Of a DNA stretch of 64,000 nt, positions 11,833-23,831 are shown one piece after another (the stretch's first letter is position 1; every line of letters begins with the position of its first letter). The notes beneath the pieces were generated by a model that was given only the letters and a program-made list of their open reading frames with translations, was not told the DNA's origin and did no database searches. Location of the stretch: the NCBI GenBank assembly GCA_030390025.1, contig CM059432.1, positions 88,538,001-88,602,000 of the forward strand. Direction: 5' to 3'. Position numbers and translations under genes: made by a program. Source of the stretch: Squalus acanthias (Eukaryota).

Positions 11833-14628
11833 GATTTTAAGGCCCCAATATTAATCTGAGGAGGGGTGGGTGGAATTGCGTGGGTGAAACCTGGAAGTCA
11901 ACTCAGTGGGTCAGAAACTGCGATCGCAACTGAATTAAAGCAATTAATTTTGACTTCCAGGTTTCACGTCTCCAAGCTGCGCAGCGAGCGTGATCTCAAC
12001 TGTATTTAAAGGGACAATGCACAGATGGAAATTGGAGGTGTTCATGAAGGATGGTGCACATAGAGCAAGGGCAGCACCCAGATTCAGTGATGCACCACAG
12101 GAATTACTGCTGGGTGCAGTCAGGAGCTGGAGGGATATCTTTTCCCCAGCAACGGGAGGAAGAAACTTGGGGCTCTGACCAAGTGGGTGTGGTTGGAGGT
12201 AGCTGAGGAGGCGAGCAGCAGCAGCGTTGTGCCCAGGTCTTGGATGCAATGTAGGAAGCGGTTTAATGACTTAACCAAGTCAGGAAAAGTGAGTACATTT
12301 GATGATTCAACTACATCCTGTGCTTTAAGCCCGTCCCTCTTGCACTGCGTCTTGCCAAGCGTGCTCCTTCACATCACTTCTCACACCCACTCAACTTACA
12401 GCAGCTCCCAGCCTTCACTGTATAGGCACTTCATCACCTCCCCATTTATCCATCCAATTTGCCACTCACCCCAATCCTCATGCAATGTGATGTATGTGTC
12501 TCATAGTCACCCTCACCGAATATAATGTGCCAGTGGGTGAATACCTTACCGTCACTCACTCACAGGCCTGTTTTTTCACCCCTTGAAGGAGAAGAGAGCA
12601 TAAAATGCAAGGGAGAGGGAGCAGACTGGAGGTGGGCGGCCACATATAGACTAGCTAACAAATGCAGAGAAGGAGGCCATGGAGATAAGTGGCACATCTG
12701 CGTCCCCCTCAGTCGGAGATGGAGAGACGGGGAGCTCACAGATAGCTGGTGACAGAATTGCAAATATCTCTGACAGAGATAAGCTCACGTTATTTCATCA
12801 CTGACTGAACTATTAGATGACTGAATTTGGTGATTGTCAAGGGCTAAAAATTTGATAGAACCGTAAACAGGCGCAGGGATCGCGATGCACGATTGGCCCG
12901 CGCCGTTGAAAGGAATGCAGGCAGCACGCGACCTTGGTGCTGCCTGCTAATTACAATGATTGCAGCATGCAGCCCAGCACAGGACACGCTGCTGAGTGGC
13001 TGAACGCTCAGCAGGGGGCCCAAGTTCGTGCAAGGCTAGCTCCAATAAAGTTAGCCTTCACTTCTTAAAGGCAGTCTGCACCTCTTAAAAGGGAGGTGCA
13101 TTCTGCCTGTAGCAGCTTATGCAACTGATTGTGCAGGTAATGCACAGAAAGAAGAAAAGTGAAAAATGGCTCAACAGGCATGGGCTCCAAGGTTCTCGGA
13201 TGCAGCACTAGAGGCCTTAGTGCAGGGGGTGGAAAGGAGGAGACAGGTTGTCTATCCGCAGGGGGCAGGAGGCTCTTCAGACACACACTGTGAAGGCAGT
13301 AGCAGCAGATAGCCGACAAGATCAATGCCAGCTGTTTTGTCCCAAGGACATGGATGCAGGGCTGAAAGAAGTTCAACGACTTCTCATGAGTGGTCAAGGT
13401 CAGTGAATTAATTTTCAAATGCCGTCTCCCACCAAATGCACCACACCCCCATCACTCACCTACCAGCAATCTCTACCAAACACAACTCAAACTTCATATT
13501 CATTGCTTCACCTCACCCTCATACAATTATCACTGCTGCAAGCCTCATAGCCACATCTCACACTTCGCACACAATGCCAGCTATTCAACCATGACAGGTA
13601 CATCACCAAAACACATTGCATCACACTCACTGACACACTTCCCTCTCTCTTGCAGGGCAAAGTGGCTCATAACCGTAGGCAGCAGCAGCTAACTGGCGGG
13701 GGAAGGGCACGGCTGCATATCCTGACCCAGCTGGAGGAGATAGTGTTCAACATTATGGGAGGGGCTGTCACTGAGGCTGTGGCGAGCGGTGAGGCTGAAA
13801 ACATTGAAAATTATGGTCTGCTTATACCTAATCCTCCTTCTCACATCCCACTTCCACCTCATCCCACAATCTCTTCTCACTTACAAGCTGCTGATGGGGT
13901 GACTAGTAATCCAGAGGCCTGGACTAATGATCCAGAGACGTGAGTTCAAATCCCACCACAGCAGCTGGGGAATTTAAATTCAGTTAATTAAATCAAAATC
14001 AGGAATAGAAAAAGAAAGCTAGTATCAGTAATGGTGACCATGAAGCTATCGGATTGTCGTAAAAACCCATCTGGTTCACTAATGTCCTTTAGGGAAGGAA
14101 ATCTGCCGTCCTTATCTGGTCTGGCCTATATGTGACTCCAGACCCACAGCAATGTGGTTGACTCTTAACTGCCCTCTGAAATGGCCTAGCAAGCCACTCA
14201 GTTGTAACAAACTGCTACAAGAAACAATAATAAGAATAAAACCAGGGGGACCACCCGGCATCGACCTCGGCACTGGCTACGGACACAACAAAGGCACACC
14301 CAGCCGTCGACCCTTGCAAAGTCCTCCTCACTAACATCTGGGGACTTGTGCCAAAATTGGGAGAGCTGTCCCACAGACTAGTCAAGCAACAGCCTGACAT
14401 AGTCAGTACTCACAGAATTATGCCTTTCAGCCAATGTCCCAAACTCCTCCATCACCATCCCTGGGTATGTCCTGTCCCACAGGCAGGACAGACCCACCAG
14501 GGCTGGCGGCACAGTGGTATACAGTCGGGAGGGAGCAGCCCTGGGAGTCCTCAACATTGACTCTGGACCCCATGAAGTCTCATGGCTTCAGGTCAAGCAT
14601 GGGCAAGGAAACATCCTGCTGATTACTA

Positions 14629-14980
14629 CTTCAGCGGCAGTAAACAGCAGCGGGAGCCCAGGAGAGTGCGAGACTTCGGCGGCAGTAAACAGCAGCGGGA
14701 GCCCAGGGGAGCGCGAGACTTCGGCGGCAGTAACAGCAGCGGGAGCCCAGGAAAGCGCGAGACTTCGGCGGCAGTAACAGCAGCGGGAGCCCAGGAAAGC
14801 GCAAGACTTCGGCGGAAGTAACAGCAGGGGATTCCAGGAGAGCGCGAGACTTCGGCGGCAGTAAACAGCAGGGGATCCCAGGAGAGCGCGAGACCTCGGC
14901 GGCAGTAAACAGCAGGGGATCCCAGGAGAGCGCGAGACCTCGGCGGCAGTAAACAGCAGGGGATCCCAGGAGAGCGACTA
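14629..14980 (+). repeat. CpG-rich tandem array of 8 x 43-45 bp (CR1 5'UTR monomers)
   Basis: The unit cttcggcggcagta(a)acagcag(c)gggagcccaggagagcgcgaga is repeated head to tail without spacers. Confidence 0.9.
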
Positions 14981-15318
14981 CAAAGGACCGGTGAGTGTAA
15001 AGAAGTAAAAAGTAATCGAAGTGTGACGTCACCAGAAAGCAGGTAAGTGATTGGTTGGTGAGTATTTCCTAATTTCTCACTTTTTTTTCCAAACTTGGGC
15101 GTCTAAATTTAAGTGCCTTGGTGTAGATTAAAAGATATACATGTTCCAAAGTGACACCGGCGCAGGGGAAGAAGCTGATTGGTGAGTAGTGGGTGAGTGC
15201 TTTTTTTTCTCTTCAATTTTATGTCTATTTCTTTTAAGGTAGTTCAATAGTTAAGGTAGTTTGGGCGAGTGAGAATCCGAGAGTTTAAATTTAAGGTAAG
15301 AGTTTTTTAATTAAAAGT

Positions 15319-16269
15319 ATGAAAGGGGACCTCAGTCCCGTGCGTTGCATGGCCTGCAGCATGTGGGAATTCCTAGACGCTTCTTGCAGTCAGGATAACC
15401 ACATGTGCAGGAAGTGCCAACGGTTTGGCCAACTTGAGATCCAGTTTTCAGAGCTCGAGCGTCAGCTGGAGACACTGCGGTGTATCCGCGAGGCTGAGAG
15501 TTACGTGGATAGCACGTTTTTAGACGTGGTCACCCCGCAGCTTAAGAAAGTGCAGTCAGAGATGGAATGGGTGACCACCAGTCAGAAAAAGAGGGGCAGG
15601 CAGGTAGTCAGGAAAGCCCCAGAGTGCATCTCACTCAACAACCGTTTTTCTGTGTTGGAAAACGGTGAAAGTGACGGTTCCTCTGGGGAGTGCAGCCAGA
15701 GCCAAGTTCACAGCACTGTGGTTGATTCAGCTGCACAAGGGAGGAGGAGTAAGAGTGGAAGGGCAATAGTGGTAGGAGACTCAATAGTGAGGGGTGCAGA
15801 CAGGCGTTTCTGCGGCTGCAGACGTGACTCCAGGATGGTATGTTGCCTCCCTGGTGCCAGGGTCAAGGATGTCACTGAATGGCTGCAGGGCATTCTGAAG
15901 GGGGAGGGCGAACAGTCAGAGGTCGTGGTTCACACTGGTACCAACGACATAGGTAGAAAGAGGGATGAGGTCCTGCAACAAGAATTTAGGGAGCTAGGTA
16001 GCAGATTAAAAAGCAGGACCTCAAAGGTTGTAATCTCTGGATTACTCCCGGTGCCACGTGCTAGTGAGTATAGCAATAGGAGGATAGAGCAGATGAATGC
16101 GTGGCTAAAGAGTTGGTGCAGGAGGGAGGGCTTTAGTTTCCTGGATCACTGGGTTTGCTTCTGGGGAAGGTGGGACCTGTACAAGTCGGACGGGTTGCAC
16201 CTGAACCGGAACAGGACCAACATCCTTGTGGGGAGGTTTGCTAATGCTGTTTGGGGGGGTTTAAACTAA
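15319..16269 (+). CDS. CR1 ORF1p: Cys-rich zinc finger + coiled coil + SGNH/GDSL esterase
   Basis: Uninterrupted 316 aa with CMACSMW..CRKC, VVGDSIVR, HTGTND and DGLHLN. Confidence 0.9.
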   Translation: MKGDLSPVRCMACSMWEFLDASCSQDNHMCRKCQRFGQLEIQFSELERQLETLRCIREAESYVDSTFLDVVTPQLKKVQSEMEWVTTSQKKRGRQVVRKAPECISLNNRFSVLENGESDGSSGECSQSQVHSTVVDSAAQGRRSKSGRAIVVGDSIVRGADRRFCGCRRDSRMVCCLPGARVKDVTEWLQGILKGEGEQSEVVVHTGTNDIGRKRDEVLQQEFRELGSRLKSRTSKVVISGLLPVPRASEYSNRRIEQMNAWLKSWCRREGFSFLDHWVCFWGRWDLYKSDGLHLNRNRTNILVGRFANAVWGGLN

Positions 16270-16388
16270 CTTGGCAGGGGGATGGGATATGGAGTGGAGC
16301 TATAGTAGGGGGTGATGCACAGCCAAATATAGTGGAAAAAACAAGTCAGTCTGGAAGGCAGAGCAAATATATAATGGCACAAGGGAGT

Positions 16389-18998
16389 ATGGCAAGGCTG
16401 GATGGCATTTATTCTAATGCAAGGAGTCTTGCGAGTAAGGCAGATGAATTGAAGGTGTTGATGAACACATGGGAGTATGATATTGTTGCTATCACAGAGA
16501 CATGGTTGAGGGAGGGGCAGGACTGGCAGCTCAATATTCCGGGATATAGAATCTTCAGGTGAGACAGAGGGGGGGGGGGGGGGGGGGGGGGTGGTAAAAG
16601 AGGAGAGGGTGTCGCAATATTAATCAAGGAGTCAATTACTGTAGTAAGGAGGGATGATATCTTAGCAGGTTCCTCTAATGAGGCCATATGGGTAGAACTT
16701 AAAAACAAAAAGGGGGCAAGCACTTTGCTGGGAGTGTACTATAGGCCCTCAAACAGTCAGGGGAGATAGAGGAACAGTGATGTAGGCAAATCTCAGAGAA
16801 GTGTAGAAATAATAGGGTAATAATAGTCGGGGATTTCAACTTCCCCAATATTAACTGGGATAGTCAGAGTGTGAAAGGCTTAGAGGGTGCGGAATTCTTA
16901 AAGTGCATCCAGGAGAGCTTTTTGAGCCAGCATGTAGAAAGTCCTACAAGAGAGGGGGCAGTACTGGACCTAATTCTAGGGAATGTAGCCGGGCAAGTGG
17001 TAGAAGTGTCAGTAGGAGAGCATTTTGGTGACAGTGACCATAATTCGGTGAGATTTCAGGTAGTCATGGAAAAGGACAAAGATGGACCGGAAATAAAGGT
17101 TCTAAATTGGGGGAAGGCCGATTTTAATATGATAAGGCAGGATCTGACCAAAGTGGACTGCGATCAGCTACTTGTAGGAAATTCCACATCAGAGCAGTGG
17201 GAGTCATTCAGAAAGGAAATATAGAGAGTACAGCGCCAACATGTTCCCATAAAAGTCAAGGGTGGGACCAACAAGTCCAGAGAACCCTGGATGTCAAGGG
17301 ATATACAAGAATGGATTAGGAAAAAAAGGGAGGCTTTTGGCAGATACAAAGGACTAAAAACAGTGGAAGCCCTAGAGGAGTATAGAAAGTGCAGGGGGGT
17401 ACTTAAAAAAGAAATTAGGAGAGCGAAGAGGGGGCATGAAAAAACACTGGTGAGCAAAATAAAGGAAAATCCCAAGGTGTTTTATAAGTATATTAAGGGC
17501 ACGAGGATAACCAGGTAAAGAGTAGGGCCATTAGGGACCAAAGTAGCAATCTGTGTGTAGAGCCGGAAGATGTAGGTGAGGTTTTAAATGAATAATTTGC
17601 ATTGTGTTCACTATGGAGAAGGACGATGTAGGCATAGAAATCAGGCAGGGGGATTGTGATACACTTGAACAAATTAGCATTGAGAGGGAGGAGGTACTAG
17701 CGGTTTTAGCGGGCTTAAAAGTGCATAAATCCCCAGGCCCAGATGAGATGTATCCCAGGCTGTTGTGTGAGGCAAGGGAGGAGATTGCAGGGGCTCTGAC
17801 ACAAATTTTCAGAACCTTGCTGGCCACAGGGGAGGTGCCAGAGGACTGGAGGACAGCTAATGTAATACCATTATTCAAGAAGGGTAGTAGAGATAAACCA
17901 AGGAATCACAGGCCAGTGAGCCTAACATCAGTGGTAGGGAAATTATTGGAAAAAATTCTGAGGGACAGAATTAGTCTCCACTTGGAGAGGCAAGGATTAA
18001 TCAGGGATAGTCAGCATTGCTTTGTAAGGGGGAGATCATGTCTGACCAATTTGATTAAATTTTTCGAGGGGGTGACTAGATGTGTGATGAGGGTAGTGCA
18101 GTTGATGTAGTCTACATGGACTTCAGTAAGGCTTTTGACAAAGTCCCGCATGAGAGACTGGTCAAGAAGGTAAGAGCCCATGGGATCCAGGGCAATTTGG
18201 CACATTGGATCCAAAATTGGCTTAGTGGCAGGAGGCAGAGGGTGATGGTCGAATGTTGTTTTTGTGACTGGAAGCCTGTGTCCAGTGGTGTACCGCAGGG
18301 ATCGGTGCTGGGTCCCTTGCTGTTTGCAGTGTACATTAATGATTTAGATATGAATGTAGAAGGTATGATCAGTAAGTTTGCAGATGACATGAAAATTGGT
18401 GGAGTGGTAAATAGCGAGGAGGGAAGCCTCAGGCTACTGGATGATATAGACGGGTTGGTCAGATGGGCAGAACAGTGGCAAATGGAATTTAACCCTGAAA
18501 AGTGTGAGGTGATGCATTTTGGGAGGACTAACAAGGCAAGGGAATGAACAATGAATGGTAGGACCCTAGGAAGGACAGAGGATCAGAGGGACCTTGGTGT
18601 GCATGTACATAGATCCCTGAAGGCAGCAGGACAGGTAGATAAGGTGGTTAAAAAGGCATATGGCATACTTGCCTTCATTAGCTGAGGCATAGAATATAAG
18701 AGCAGGGAGGTTATGATGGAGCTGTACAAAACAGCTGGAATAGTGTGTGCAGTTCTGGTCGCCACACTATAGGAAGGATGTGATTGCGTTGGAGAGGGTG
18801 CAGAGGAGATTCACCAGGATGTTACCTGGGCTGGAGCGCTTCAGCTATGAGGAGAGACTGGACAGGCTGGGGTTGTTTTCCTTGGAGCAGAGAAGGCTGA
18901 GGGGGGACCTGATTGAGGTGTACAAAATTATGAGGGGCATAGATAGGATAGATAGAAAGGAACTTTTCTCCTTAGTAGAGGGGTCAATAACCAAGGGG
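16389..18998 (+). pseudogene. CR1 ORF2 (APE endonuclease + reverse transcriptase), disrupted
   Basis: Motifs NARSL, ITETWL, SDHN, KSPGPD, YMDFSKAFD, PQGSVLGP and FADD are spread over several frames, with a G23 run at 16569-16591. Confidence 0.9.
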
Positions 18999-20789
18999 TA
19001 TTCAGGCTTGTGTCTCACCTCCTGACTCCCCAAAGCCTTTCCACCATCTACAAGGCACAAGTCAGGAGTGTGATGGAATACTCTCCACTTGCCTGGATGA
19101 GTGCATCTCCAACAACACTCAAAAAGCTCGACACCATCCAAGACAAGGCTGCCCGCTTGATTGGCACCCCATCTACCACCTTAAGCATTCACTCCCTCCA
19201 CCACCGGCGTACCGTGGCTGCAGTGTGTACCATCTACACGATGCACTGCAGCAACTTGCCAAGTCTTCTTCGGCAGCACCTGCTAAACCCGCGACCTCTA
19301 CCACCTAGAAGGGCAAGGGCAACAGGCACATGGGAACACCACTACCTCCAAGTTCCCCTCCAAGTCACACACCACCCTGACTTGGAAGTATATCGTCGTT
19401 CCTTCATCGTCGCTGGGTCAAAATCCTGGTACTCCCTCCCTAACAACACTGTGGGAGTACCCTCACCACATGGACTGCAGCGGTTCAAGAAGGCAGCTCA
19501 CCACCACCTTTTCAACTGCAACTAGGGATAGGCAATAAATGCTGGCCTTGCCAGCGACGCCCGCATCCTATGAATGAAATTAAAAAAAGCATGCACATGT
19601 TGCTTTCCCCCACCCCCCTCACCACAACCCTACCCTTGTTCCTTTTTCCATTCAGATACCTAGGAACTCCAACCTGGCCAGCCAGTGCAGGAAGAGCAAG
19701 TGAAGATTGATGGAGAAGAAGAGGCACTCGATCTCACACTCGCATGCCCAAGCTTAGAAACTGGCACTGTGAGTACTTTAGAGGGTATTATAGAGGCGGG
19801 ATCTGCACGTGGTGAGTCACCGGACATGGGTGGCCTGCAGCCAGGGCAGGGGGCAAAGAGTAGTGCAGGTGCCAACTCTCCAGAGGGTGAGGTCACACAC
19901 GAGTTCTGCTGCAGAGGACACATGGAGGACATTGATGGGGCGGCCTACAGAAGAAGGGTGTTGGGCATGCATAATGAAATGCTTGGTGCATTGGCAAATC
20001 TGCCAGAGAGCCTGTTGTCACTGTCAAGGAGCTTGGAGGAGTCCGGAATCATCTTTGCACAGGGCTTTGCACAGAGCTTGGAGCCCATGATTTTTAGGAT
20101 GGAAGTGATGGGCAACTCCGTTAGTGCACTTGTGGACCCAGCGTCTGATGGGCGATGTCTCAGAAACCACCCAATGTCTGAGTGCTGAAGTGGAAGCTCA
20201 GATTTCTGCCATGCAAGCTCACACTGCTGCTATCATGGCTGTGTTTACCAGTGTTGAAAGGGGCTTGCCAGGTGTCACAGCAGTCCAGCAATATGTCCTC
20301 CAACAGATTACTAGGACTGCTAGGAGTGTCAGTGGCTCCCTGGAGCACGAACCTGCTGTCCTCTCTCAGGATGACAGCATTCATCCTCCCACCACTGCCA
20401 CTCCTCCAGTGCCCTTGCTGCTGCCTGTCAGCCAGCCAGCCCAGACTGCTGCCGCCCTTGCCTAAGTGGAGCAGGCCACTGCCGAGCATTCTAGGCCCAG
20501 AGCTGCTCGAGGTCGTCCTGCAAGGCCATCTGCAGTCTCGCCACTCCATGTCAGCAGCCTTCCACCAGCCATGCTGCAGCCACTGGGGTAGCACTAAGGG
20601 AATGCTCAAGGGTGATTAATTGAATTTGTTCTGTAATACTGGATGATTGATTTATAAATTATGTTTGGAATGTTTGTTTTGTGGTGGCTTTCATTTCAGC
20701 ATTGTGGCCAAGAGAACGCTGTGATGTTCCATTGCAGAGGGATGGTAAGGTGGGGAAGTGTTGAGCAATGGGGATCTGGGGTTTCTTTC

Positions 20790-21900
20790 AGAGGAACTGG
20801 AGTCTGATGATGCGTTCACGGACAGCCCGTCTAGAATGTGGATGTGCAGGCTGCCTCCTCCCTTCCTCCTCCTCCTCCTCTTCCTCCTCTCCTCCTCCTG
20901 TGGTGGTTGTGGAACCCATGGTGGCAAGGGCCGCTCCCTCATGATGGCCAAGTTGTGGAGCATGCAGCAGACCACCACAAACTGGGACACCTGCTCCGGC
21001 GAGTACTGGAGGTCTCCTCCCAAGCGGTCAAGGCAGTGGTCTGCTCGATGAGGTTCCTCGAGGTAGCATGGCTCTTATTATATGAGTCCTGGCCGCGAAT
21101 GGTGGGGTTTCACAGGGGAGTTATCAGCCAGGAGTAGAGTGAATAGTCCTTGTCACTGAGCAGCCACCCTCGGGTTCAACGTGGTGGCTGGAAGATTGCT
21201 GGCACAGCAGACGGGCGAAGGATAAACGCATCATGACTGCTGCCAGGATAGCAGGCATTCACCAGCATGATGTGCTGGGCGTGGTCGCACACCAACTGTA
21301 CATTAAGTGAGTGGTACCCTTTGCAGTTACAGTACATCTCACCATTGAGATGCGGCACCCACAAAGCCACGTGTGTGCAGCCAATGGCACCCTGCACCAT
21401 GGGGAAGCCTGTTATCCTGGCAAAGTCACATGCGCGCTCCTCCTGCTTCTGTCTGTTTAGAGAGAAGACAATGAAGTCCCTTTTCTAACATACAGAGCCT
21501 CTGTGACCTTCCGAATGCAACGATGGATGGTGAACTGCAGGATGTTTGTTATGTCGCCTGTTCCAGCCAGGAAGGATCCGCTGACGAAAACATTCAGGGC
21601 CACGGTGACCTTGAGGGCCACTGGCATCACCGGCACCACCCTGCTCTGAGGCTGCATGTCTGGTTCCAAGAGGTGGCAGAGTTCTGTGACCACCTACTGG
21701 GTGAAGCGGAGCTGCCAAACACACTGCTCCTGGCTTAGGTGCAGGTAGGTGAAGTGCTCCTGAAGACCCTAGGGGGGTAAGGCCTCCGGCTGAGAGCCCT
21801 CAGCCTCCTCCTCCCTCTGCAATCAGCTTGTCTTCTTTGCTGCCTCTGCTCCATCTCCGTGTCATGCTGCAGCACGAGGGGGACTGCAACTAAAGCCCCT
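20790..21900 (-). pseudogene. Harbinger DDE transposase pseudogene
   Basis: The fragments VTELCHLLEPD, MVQGAIGCTHV, KGYHSLNVQLVCD, YPGSSHDAFILR and VVVCCMLHNLAI lie in different frames. Confidence 0.88.
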
Positions 21901-23699
21901 ATAACTGGGAACAAGTGGTGTATTCAGAGGCCTTCCAGTAGCAGCTAATGCCTTCCCAACGTCCAGCCGTACTCCCAGCACACTTTACCAACTTTTCAAA
22001 TCTCTTCCAGCAACCCAGTACTCCTACAAACTCTGCAAGAGCCAGAACATATCAATAAGCAACTAACCTGCAAGTTGGATGTTCAGCTGTGCGTGTTTAG
22101 GAGAGGGCGTTGAATGGAGCAGCGAGGTTGAAAATGGCAGGTCGTGCATCAAGTCAGCGTGTACGTCACGATCTGCCTACTTTGCATACTGTCGGCGCAT
22201 GCACGTACCACCCGCGCTATCGCCCTTACCAAGATTGAGTTCAGCAGGGGCTGCACCAGAAGTGGGCGCAAACGAGGAGGACGCCATTTTTAATTCAAAA
22301 CTGGCCATAACAAGCGGCACTACTGAGCCGAATTTTGAGACCAAGGCTTCAGTGAGTCCACTTAGACAGTTAGTTGGATTTTCACCTGCTGATTCACAAC
22401 TCACAAGTGAGCACCAGCAGACATTGGTGGCAGGGACAGTTGTGGAGAGTTGGTTTCAGGGGGAGCAATCCTCTCCAAGCTTTGATGCTTGACCCCGGCG
22501 GCTATCGTTGAGCAGGAGAATGCTAGAGGTGCATCAGCAACTTAGCCAGGTACTGACAGACGTGGCACGCACACTCTCCACAATAGTGAAGAAGATGGAG
22601 GAGTCCAACTCGATCGCTAGTAGATTGGTGTCGCTAGGAAATGCGAGAGTGCCTGCCATGGAGAGAGTCCCTTTAATGCACCTGTTGTAGAAATAGCATT
22701 GATCTAATTCAATCAGATCTGTTGTAGTTATGGAAATCTGTGTAGTATAAACTAGAATCTGCCAGTAGTTCTTATGCTACTGATGGGTAAAGTTTCTGTA
22801 ACCATTTTATCTGACAGTTTTGGAATTTTGTGTATATATTAACATCAGTTTGACAAAAGACACAACCTTTCCATGATGTGCCTCAGAAACTGTTTATTGC
22901 AATAAAAATTTCTAAATTGTCTCAGTTTTCACCTTAGTTGTTGTTAGCTGTATAAAGAAACATATAACAAGTGTCTATAATATGACAAAAAATATTTCAC
23001 CCAATGAATATCTTTGCCTAAATTTCATATTAAAATCATGAAAAATATCAACAGAACAAATATGGATGAAAGCAGTGAGTTGTAAACTGAACTTTGAAAG
23101 GGAGAAATCATTTCCTGGAAAGTTGCATTATTTTTGACTTCTGAAATATTTAATAAGAATTTGATTCAAAATTTCAATTTCCTACTGTTGTACATTTACA
23201 TCAATAGTAAGCATTGAAATAGGAAAAAAATGTTATAACATAAATGCTACACATTACTGTACATTACATGACAAATTCCTCAATAACAGGGTTTGAGATA
23301 CCCATTTATATTCGTTACAACTGTCACATTTTACAATAGACACAACATTTTCCACAGTTCGATAGACAAAAAATCAGACAATCTGTTTGAAATATGTGAA
23401 TCCATCTTAAAGAAATGACACATTCTGCTCTAGTGCTCACAGCACTGTTTCAGTTTAATATTAAGGATCTTTTCTGCGTGACCGCTAGGGCAGAACCTAA
23501 ATTAATCACCAAGGATCAAATGTATCAGCTTGATTTTTGAAAAACATGGCAATGCACAGCATATTTGCCTCTCGCAGTGTGTCTTCCTTATGCTCTTTCA
23601 ACACATTGGGGGTAATTTTGATTTTGTGCGATAGGATAAAATGGGTGATAGTGAATCGGCAGCCCCTTTTATATTTCTTTCAATTTTTTTTTACCATAA

Positions 23700-23831
23700 T
23701 GGAAATAAAAGGAAAAATTTGCAGGGCTATGGGGAAAGACCAGGCAAGTGGAATTAATTGAATAGCTCTTTCAAAAATCCGGCACAGACACAATGGGCCG
23801 AATGACCTCCTACAATGCTGTACGATTCTAT
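23700..23831 (+). mobile_element. CR1 3' end fragment
   Basis: ttgcagggctatggggaaag...tgggccgaatgacctcc...gattctat; the tail resumes after 25354. Confidence 0.75.

Larger units (their letters stand above)
14629..18998 (+). mobile_element. near full-length CR1 LINE (5'UTR repeats, ORF1, disrupted ORF2; 3' end lost)
   Basis: A 5' tandem array is followed by an intact ORF1 and then an APE+RT ORF2 with stops and frameshifts. Confidence 0.93.
13900..19588 (+). mobile_element. tRNA-headed LINE (family B), copy A, middle replaced by a CR1
   Basis: The 5' part (13900-14628) has a B box at 13942 and the APE start KLGELSHRLVKQQPDIV. The 3' part (18999-19588) reads HLLTPQSLSTIYKAQVRSVMEY and ends in aataaatgctggccttgccagcgacgccc..aaaaaaa. 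Confidence 0.85.
12841..22342. mobile_element. Harbinger element (decayed; Myb gene +, transposase -) containing nested LINEs
   Basis: TIR-like ends GGGCTAAAAATT / AATTTTGAGACC with CAA(G) duplicated. Myb exons lie at ~13167-13398, ~13655-13815 and ~19657-20618, and the transposase at ~20790-21900. Confidence 0.8.
11841..22670 (+). mobile_element. outer degenerate Harbinger-type element (Myb/SANT gene remnants), split by a nested element
   Basis: Exon 1 remnant RAAPRFSDA..WLEVAEE..RSWMQCRKRFNDLTKSGK|gtgagt (~12044-12288), an exon 2 remnant at ~12590-12750, and an exon 3 remnant RRMLEVHQQL..MEES after 22343. The right end is not evident. Confidence 0.6.

Noticed and set aside
14629..14980. 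CRISPR-like repeat array
   Set aside because: The units are contiguous with no unique spacers, there are no cas genes, and the array is the 5'UTR of a CR1.
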